Source: a virus
DNA: 64,000 nt
IMG/VR virus record: IMGVR_UViG_3300004806_000016
Reading direction: 5' to 3' (one strand)
Position numbers and translations under genes: made by a program. The notes under the pieces are model-generated. The model was not told where the DNA came from, did no database searches, and was given only the letters and a program-made list of their open reading frames with translations. Below, piece by piece: positions 57,750-64,000 of the stretch (positions are counted from its first letter, which is position 1; every line of letters begins with the position of its first letter).

Positions 57750-58685
57750 ATGGTAGATTTTTCACAACTTAAACGTAATTCTGGTAAGTCTTCACTCGAA
57801 CAACTTACCTCAGAGCTCTCTAAGCTCAGTGGCGGTCAGCAAGGCGATAAGAAGTCTGATGATCGTTTTTGGTATCCTAACGTAGATAAGGCTGGCAATG
57901 GCTATGCTGTTATCCGTTTCCTTCCCGCTCCCCCAAATGAAGATGTGCCTTTTATCCGTATGTTTGAACACGGATTCAAGGGACCAACAGGTTCTTGGTA
58001 TATTGAGAACTCACTGACTACTATCGGCAAGACCGATCCTGTCAGCGAATATAACACTCAGCTCTGGAACTCTGGTCTTGAGTCTGATAAGAAGATTGCT
58101 CGCGATCAAAAGCGTAAGGTCAGCTTTATCAGTAATGTCTATGTTATTACTGACCAGCAAAATCCTGAGAACGAGGGTAAGGTATTCTTGTTCCGTTATG
58201 GCAAGAAGATCTTTGATAAGCTCAATGATGCTATGAACCCAGCGTTTCCTGACGTTGAAGCATTTAACCCATTCGATTTGTGGGCTGGTGCTAACTTCAA
58301 GCTGAAGATCCGTAACGTTGATGGTTACCGTAACTATGACCGTTCAGAGTTCTCAACTACAGCGCCTCTTGGTGATGACGAGATGATGGAAGCAATCTGG
58401 AAGAAAGAACATTCTCTTCAGGGATTCCTTGCTCCTTCTAACTTCAAGTCTTATGATGAATTGAAGGCGAAGCTGAACCGTGTCCTTGGTCTCGATGGCT
58501 CTCCAGCATCCGCTCGCGCGAGTGCAGCTGAGACTTATCTTTCAGCGGAGGATGATGCCCCTTGGAAACAAGAGGCTGCAGCGCCTGCTATTAAGTCTGC
58601 ACCTGCGGCAGCTCCTAAGTTCTCAGACGATGATGACGATGATGATGGTCTGGAGTTCTTTAATAAACTAGCCAACAAAGGCTAA
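57750..58685 (+). CDS. 32: Single-stranded DNA-binding protein
   Basis: DDRFW, GNGYAVIRFLP, WYIENSL and NYD.SEF motifs; acidic tail. Confidence 0.96.
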   Translation: MVDFSQLKRNSGKSSLEQLTSELSKLSGGQQGDKKSDDRFWYPNVDKAGNGYAVIRFLPAPPNEDVPFIRMFEHGFKGPTGSWYIENSLTTIGKTDPVSEYNTQLWNSGLESDKKIARDQKRKVSFISNVYVITDQQNPENEGKVFLFRYGKKIFDKLNDAMNPAFPDVEAFNPFDLWAGANFKLKIRNVDGYRNYDRSEFSTTAPLGDDEMMEAIWKKEHSLQGFLAPSNFKSYDELKAKLNRVLGLDGSPASARASAAETYLSAEDDAPWKQEAAAPAIKSAPAAAPKFSDDDDDDDGLEFFNKLANKG

Positions 58686-58691
58686 AGAATT

Positions 58692-58717
58692 GGGGAGCAT
58701 TTAGCTCCCCTTTTTTT
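58692..58717 (+). terminator. Terminator between convergent genes
   Basis: GGGGAGC-ATTTA-GCTCCCC followed by T7. Confidence 0.85.
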
Positions 58718-61712
58718 ATGCTGCCATTCCGAACAGATCTTTGAGACGTTTCGCTGCATCAGCAGGTTCAACCATACCAACATTATCTTTATCAAATCTA
58801 GCATTACCTTCTTTACCAGATGCCGGAGCCTGACCACCACTGTTAGATGGAGCTTCAGCAGCAATATTTTTATCAGCCGATCTCTGACTTGCTATGTCGT
58901 TAGAAGATGCTTTGGCTAAATCGGCACCAGTAGACGGAGCTGCAGGAGTCGGAGTACCACCACCGCCACCACTGGCCGCTTCGCTTCTCATTCCGCTGCC
59001 ACCACCCTTGGCTGGTTTTGCACCACTACCACTATCTTCCTTCTTGGCTTGTGGTGGAGTAGCTGTATCTGGACCTCCTGAGCCGACTGGGTCTTTACTC
59101 TTATCTTCTTTCTTTCCGCCCTGATCACCACCGCCACCACCACTGGCTGCAGTACCCTCAACTTCACCAGCAGCTATGGATCCATTTCTTGGGATATCAA
59201 ATGTTCCCTGTTCGCCTTTCGCAGCAGAAAAATGCATAGGATCTTTGACGGATTTCCAATTCATACCCCAACCAAGACCCCACTTAGCAGCAAGCGCACC
59301 AGTCTCTGCTGGTAGATCTGTCTTTGTTGACTTGTTTGGATTTGATCCAGGATTGATATCGATAGCAGCACCAGATGCGTGGTAACTCTTTACGCTTGGG
59401 TTGTTTACGTTTGCACGATCAGCATAACCACCTATGCTACTAATCTTATAACCCGTGGCCTCAAGATCACTAATGAATCCTTGGAAGTTCTTAGCATAAG
59501 CACCAGCAACCTGTACCGACTTGCCGCTAGCAGTTTTTACGTTTACAAGATTTGGTTTTGATACAGGACCACCAACACCCTTACTTGCTCCACCTATTGC
59601 TGCAGGACCACCAGCAGCACCACCAGATCCTTGACCGCCACCAGCTCCAGATGGCATCGATACTGAAGGGCTACCAGAAGGGCCAGCACCAGTAGCAGCA
59701 GTAGCAGATTTTGCTACTGATTCTTTAACTGCATCAGCTCTCTGCATAACAACTGCAGCGCCAGAACCACCACCTCCGCCAGAAGGTTTGCCAGCTCCTA
59801 CAGGACTGGGTGGGCCCATCTCTTGTGCTTTTGATACATCTGCACTCTTGGCTGCTCCAGCAGCAGGAGCTTGTGTAGTTGGTGTTGAAGTGAATATGAT
59901 CTTATCTGCTTTAAGGATAATTGTATCAGCTTCAAATGTTAGTTCTTTTTGTCTCTTTTGTTTTTCAGCATCAGCGTCATCTTCTTGTTTTCTTTCAACA
60001 GCAGCCTGACGTTCTGCCATGATAGCAGAAGAAATATCGGGCATATTATCGTTGGAAGAAACAATTTGTGGTGTGTTTTGTTTTGTGGCAACAATTGGTG
60101 CTTCAGATTTTACTGGTCCTGCAGCTTCTGGTTCTGGTTTAATGTCGCCTTTGTCTTCAAGATTATTTCTACCAGCCTGTTGTTGATCTTCTGGTAATTC
60201 TTTATCTTCTTCATCTTTTTGCGATGAGAATTCTTTCCACCAATTATATACTTCATATGCTAGCGCCAAAGAACCTAAAACATTTATAGCAGTCCACACC
60301 CATCCTGGGCCTGGTAATGCTAGACCAGCGAGAGCACTACCTGCTCTGACCATAAATCTTCTAAACACAGATGGTGCAGTCTTTTCTAAGAATGTTAAGA
60401 ATTTAGACCATTTGCTTACGCCTTGTGTCGCTGCATTACTTGCAGCTCCAGCAACTTTGGTTGCTACAGCACCAGCACCTTCGGCGACAGCTCCCGCAGC
60501 TTTTGTTGCTATTGAGCCAGCTCCTTCTACTACTGCACCTGCAGCTTTAGAAGCGCCACTTAATACTCCTTTACCAGCGCTCATTAGACCGCTACCAGCA
60601 GAGCCTGCGATATCCATAGCGCCACCAGCAAGTTTACTTAATAATCCTGGACCTTCTTCTTTCTTGGCTTGTGGCTGCTGTTGTGGTTTTGTTGATGTAA
60701 GATGATCAGCTATATCTTTTAGATACCCATTTGCTGTATCTATCTTATCACCATTACGGCTTATCGCCTCTTCTATTTTTTCCATAGAAAGGCTCTGGCT
60801 TACGCCACTCTTAGAAACAGCCTCTCCGTCTTGTTTTTCGGATGAACGAATCTTTTCGCCGTTCTGTCCAAGACCTAATTTCTCAGCTTCTTTTCTAGAG
60901 ATAAATTGACCGCCACCAACACCCTTGTGCGTATCGGCCCACATACCAGCTTTTTCTCTGAACTCATATCTCTCTCTTTCAGGGACGATTGGTTCGGTAA
61001 CAGCTGGTTTTGCATCAGGTTTTTTATCTTGGTTAGATTTTAACATATCTCTGAGCAGCTGATTCGTCATCATCTGCTGTTCGACTATCGCCTTAGAAAA
61101 AGACTCAGTCGATTCAGACATACCACCGCCTGATTTGTTTTCGGCTTTTGGTTTATTTTCTTCTCTTTTTTGAACTAATCCTTTTAGGCCAGGAAATGCT
61201 TTTACGAATAGATCATCACCAATATCTTTGACTGCACCACCAATAGATTTAGTTATAGATTTTGTTAGTTCTTTTAATTCTCTAACGACTTCAGGTTCTT
61301 CTGTACCAAAACCATCTCTCTTTTTTACATCCTGTTTAGACGCAACTTTTAGTTCTTTTACTAGACCCTTTACTTCTTCAAAGAATGGGCGAGTCGGACC
61401 ATAGCTTACACCATAGTCAGCATTCTGTTTCATTTCTTTGGTTTCAGTTTTTGATGTAGTTGTCTGTTTTTGTAACTTGACCTGCTCTTTTGTAAGGCTG
61501 ATCAGTTCTTTTAGAGCATCATTAGTCTTTTTTTGCTCTTTCTTGAGCTCAGAAACTTCTTTTGTGGTCTTTACAGATTCTTTAGCAACTTCTTTCGCGG
61601 AATCTTTATTCTGTTTAGATATGTCAAGCTGTTCCTGCGCAGTTCTTGCTATATCAGGATTATTAGTCTGCTGTAAGAGTCTCTTTAGATCGTCGTCTGT
61701 AAAATTAGCCAT
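58716..61712 (-). CDS. Tape-measure/baseplate-hub-like protein with an M15 peptidoglycan peptidase domain
   Basis: Helical N-terminus, Ala/Gly repeats, a TM-like segment, and SYHASGAAIDIN...WG..W....DPMHF. Confidence 0.7.
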   Translation of the reverse strand: MANFTDDDLKRLLQQTNNPDIARTAQEQLDISKQNKDSAKEVAKESVKTTKEVSELKKEQKKTNDALKELISLTKEQVKLQKQTTTSKTETKEMKQNADYGVSYGPTRPFFEEVKGLVKELKVASKQDVKKRDGFGTEEPEVVRELKELTKSITKSIGGAVKDIGDDLFVKAFPGLKGLVQKREENKPKAENKSGGGMSESTESFSKAIVEQQMMTNQLLRDMLKSNQDKKPDAKPAVTEPIVPERERYEFREKAGMWADTHKGVGGGQFISRKEAEKLGLGQNGEKIRSSEKQDGEAVSKSGVSQSLSMEKIEEAISRNGDKIDTANGYLKDIADHLTSTKPQQQPQAKKEEGPGLLSKLAGGAMDIAGSAGSGLMSAGKGVLSGASKAAGAVVEGAGSIATKAAGAVAEGAGAVATKVAGAASNAATQGVSKWSKFLTFLEKTAPSVFRRFMVRAGSALAGLALPGPGWVWTAINVLGSLALAYEVYNWWKEFSSQKDEEDKELPEDQQQAGRNNLEDKGDIKPEPEAAGPVKSEAPIVATKQNTPQIVSSNDNMPDISSAIMAERQAAVERKQEDDADAEKQKRQKELTFEADTIILKADKIIFTSTPTTQAPAAGAAKSADVSKAQEMGPPSPVGAGKPSGGGGGSGAAVVMQRADAVKESVAKSATAATGAGPSGSPSVSMPSGAGGGQGSGGAAGGPAAIGGASKGVGGPVSKPNLVNVKTASGKSVQVAGAYAKNFQGFISDLEATGYKISSIGGYADRANVNNPSVKSYHASGAAIDINPGSNPNKSTKTDLPAETGALAAKWGLGWGMNWKSVKDPMHFSAAKGEQGTFDIPRNGSIAAGEVEGTAASGGGGGDQGGKKEDKSKDPVGSGGPDTATPPQAKKEDSGSGAKPAKGGGSGMRSEAASGGGGGTPTPAAPSTGADLAKASSNDIASQRSADKNIAAEAPSNSGGQAPASGKEGNARFDKDNVGMVEPADAAKRLKDLFGMAA

Positions 61713-62203
61713 TAGTTACCTATCTTTGCCAACTTTTCTTGTCCACGAGTATAAGCAGCAACACCAAGGATAGCACCGAAAGCGATATGAATCATACCAC
61801 CATTAGACAGAGATAGACTCTGCCATGCGGTATAACCTACCTGGACGCCTGATCCTTTGTAGAGAATAGGTAGGAACATAGATATGACTGGGAATCCGAT
61901 AAAGTCCATAAAACAGATACCCATATAGAGCCAACCCATTGCTGGACGCCAGTATGCCTTTACCCAGTGTTCTTCTTGTTTATCTAGCTGACTGTCTACT
62001 ATCTTTTCATCAATAGCGGTCTGAGCCAAGCCAACAGAAGCTGTTGCTTGGGCTTGTGCTGTTTGCTGTTGCATTTGCACAGTTTGCTGAGCCATCGTTG
62101 AAGATGCTTGATTATTGTTATTGTTCACATCAATCACAGTAACAGCAGGAGCAGGAGCTGCCACTGGCGCATCATCATCAGCTGGTTTCGCAAATTTAGC
62201 CAT
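61712..62203 (-). CDS. 3TM (GTA-type) holin-like protein
   Basis: WRPAMGW.Y...C..DF and GAILG.....RG.EK motifs. Confidence 0.7.
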   Translation of the reverse strand: MAKFAKPADDDAPVAAPAPAVTVIDVNNNNNQASSTMAQQTVQMQQQTAQAQATASVGLAQTAIDEKIVDSQLDKQEEHWVKAYWRPAMGWLYMGICFMDFIGFPVISMFLPILYKGSGVQVGYTAWQSLSLSNGGMIHIAFGAILGVAAYTRGQEKLAKIGN

Positions 62204-62375
62204 TTCTTTGTTTCTCTTCCATTTCCGCTAGGTGATTCATTATCATCTGAACATAAATATCTCTCTCAAAAGGTATCAGATTTTCTAATTCTGTTATTGA
62301 ATATTTATGATGCTGGATCATAGAAAACATTGTCAAATAGTAATTTTCTAATGAAGTATGATTCAGCGCAAGGTA
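62196..62375 (-). CDS. 51: gp51-like baseplate hub assembly peptide, probably reached by -1 frameshift from the upstream gene (first in-frame ATG at 62330)
   Basis: LNHTSLENYY...QHHKYSITELENLIPFERDIYV; the conserved-looking part lies upstream of the first ATG. Confidence 0.7.
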   Translation of the reverse strand, partial: YLALNHTSLENYYLTMFSMIQHHKYSITELENLIPFERDIYVQMIMNHLAEMEEKQRNG

Positions 62376-63070
62376 AAAAAATCAGATAAGGTTTTCATCT
62401 CAATCTGTCGATCGTTACCATTGCTGTTCTTGTAGTTGATCGCATAATAAAGAGTAGGTTGATTTGCCATGAAAGAACGAACTTTTTCAAAGGTCTTAAC
62501 ATCCAAATTCTCAAGGAATTCTTCAATTTCTTTTACGTCATAACTTGATGCTGGATATACGTTATTCTCGTCATAAAACTTATCTATACAGCGAATTACA
62601 AGCTGGAAAAATGTCTCATTTCCTGATTCAAAAAACTTCTTATCGCTAAAGATAGAAGCCTCAGGAAACTTCATAACGAATCCGCTATCATCAGATAATT
62701 TGATTGTGCTTTCAATCTTTTCTGGAAATTTTACATCTATCGTATTCAGATCTACTTCAAAGTCATAGAGCTGATTATCTTCATAATCTCTGTATGATAC
62801 TTCAACGATGTTGTTTACAGATTGTGCGCGTATGCGTATGAATAGATATTCAAGGTCAAAAATAGCAAGTTTATCAACATCAATCTCATCAATTGCGCAG
62901 TTGTTAACGATCTGTTTAACGGCCATCATTACATCAGTCTCGTCATCAGATTCTCTAGCCATCAATAGAATCTTTTCTTCTTTTACAAGAAAAGGTCTAA
63001 ATCTAACTTCTTTTTTTGTTGATGGTACTGTTAGTTTAAAAACAGGATGATTAATCTTAGGTAGTGGCAT
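62363..63070 (-). CDS. 26: Baseplate hub assembly protein (gp26-like)
   Basis: MPLPKI, RPFLVKEEKILL, FDLEYLF..IR..SV and ...DFF motifs. Confidence 0.85.
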   Translation of the reverse strand: MPLPKINHPVFKLTVPSTKKEVRFRPFLVKEEKILLMARESDDETDVMMAVKQIVNNCAIDEIDVDKLAIFDLEYLFIRIRAQSVNNIVEVSYRDYEDNQLYDFEVDLNTIDVKFPEKIESTIKLSDDSGFVMKFPEASIFSDKKFFESGNETFFQLVIRCIDKFYDENNVYPASSYDVKEIEEFLENLDVKTFEKVRSFMANQPTLYYAINYKNSNGNDRQIEMKTLSDFFTLR

Positions 63071-63085
63071 AATATAACTCCATTA

Positions 63086-63844
63086 TTAAAGAGGTGAATT
63101 AAAATCAGTTTTTATTACGTTATTGTTTTTCGGTGTTGAGATAGAAGACCCAGGAATTAGATTCGTTAGAACTTTTAAAGGATTTGTAGCATTTGATGTA
63201 TCTGAACCCTGTTGGACGTCTGGAGCTTTTGATTCTACAGCAATCATCTGCCAATCTCTGAACGAGAACGATACAGTTACTTTCATTAATTCGTTGTTTT
63301 GGTTCCAGCTAAGAGGTACTTCGTTTAATGATTCTGGAAAAGCTCTTAGCATAACAATTTCTTTTATCTGATTTCCGGTATTATCAAAAACATACACATG
63401 AATATCGGTCGTATAGTTATCTTTGTATTCAGTCTGATATGAAGCATTACGACTAATGATTGGTCGACCAGCTACGATCGCTCCACTAGCTCCAGCAAAC
63501 TCAAATATGCTGTTAATCCATGTGTAAAAATATTTGTAAATCGCACCTCTTCTATCAGCGATAAAACTTATGCTGTTTGACGTAAACGAGGCGTTATATG
63601 GCATTTTTTGGACTGGGCCAATACCATATCTGTTAACATCGCCCATCAACAGTGCGATTCCTGGAATTTTTATAGAATCAGCTCTTACTTGAATCATTTT
63701 CTCTATATCAGCGACTGGTTTCCCGTCTATGCTATAGTTTTGAAGGATGTTAGGAGTCGTAAAACCAACAAGATATTTGTTAGTCTGTAAATAACCTGAT
63801 TTACCTATTTCTGAAGAGAATGATGCGATATTAAAACCAGCCAT
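63086..63844 (-). CDS. Tail-tube-fold protein (gp54-like tube initiator)
   Basis: IPG, YG.GP..KMPY, AFP......LSW and V.FSF..W motifs. Confidence 0.75.
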   Translation of the reverse strand: MAGFNIASFSSEIGKSGYLQTNKYLVGFTTPNILQNYSIDGKPVADIEKMIQVRADSIKIPGIALLMGDVNRYGIGPVQKMPYNASFTSNSISFIADRRGAIYKYFYTWINSIFEFAGASGAIVAGRPIISRNASYQTEYKDNYTTDIHVYVFDNTGNQIKEIVMLRAFPESLNEVPLSWNQNNELMKVTVSFSFRDWQMIAVESKAPDVQQGSDTSNATNPLKVLTNLIPGSSISTPKNNNVIKTDFNSPL

Positions 63845-63846
63845 TA

Positions 63847-64000
63847 TTATAGTTTCCTTACTGAGTCGCTAAACACAGTCTCTTTTCTGGCTTTCTTAAA
63901 TCTTTCGGTCGGAAGCATTAGAGCTGTATCCCAATATTTAGGCTCAACATTTAAAAATTGACCCTGAACATGGCTCCAGAGATATCTCTTAAAGCAAGGA
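63847..64000 (-). CDS. 2: DNA end protector, C-terminal part (gene starts beyond the window)
   Basis: PCFKRYLWSHV...WDTALMLPTERFKKA....V..DS. Confidence 0.85.
   Translation of the reverse strand, partial: PCFKRYLWSHVQGQFLNVEPKYWDTALMLPTERFKKARKETVFSDSVRKL

Noticed and set aside
58894-61773. Plus-strand ORFs inside the tape-measure-like gene, and similar nested ORFs elsewhere in the track
   Set aside because: They are antisense or off-frame by-products of low-complexity coding sequence, with no RBS or motifs.
1-64000. Prophage or bacterial chromosome origin for the metabolic genes
   Set aside because: No integrase or host housekeeping context; the metabolic genes are interleaved with T4 core genes and T4-type late promoters.

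Overview
A 64-kb segment of a large T4-like myovirus. The host is very probably an alphaproteobacterium, judging by a two-piece permuted tmRNA with the alpha-type GGCGGUA T-loop and an ANDN...ALAA tag. From left to right the window holds: the end of the gp41 helicase; a candidate ~110-nt structured ncRNA; a late cluster (2.3-13.5 kb) of putative capsid-packaged proteins with T4 IP-like N-terminal targeting sequences (nuclease-like protein, RNA-ligase-like/HIGH-nucleotidyltransferase fusion, HAD phosphatase), plus Dps and fibre proteins; primase and thyX; a PlcP/Agt-like lipid-remodelling pair; nrdAB, a secreted nuclease, endonuclease II and tRNA-Leu; an aminoacyl-tRNA-protein transferase-like gene; a ten-gene speD + NDP-heptose/methyltransferase/glycosyltransferase operon; rnh, phoH and an exonuclease; an early region built from repeated promoter cassettes; tmRNA, an HNH homing endonuclease and two tRNAs; gp33, gp59 and gp32; and on the minus strand a tail module (gp2, gp54-like, gp26/gp51-like with a probable -1 frameshift, holin, tape-measure-like protein with an M15 peptidase). 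All calls come from reading motifs by eye; no database search was run.
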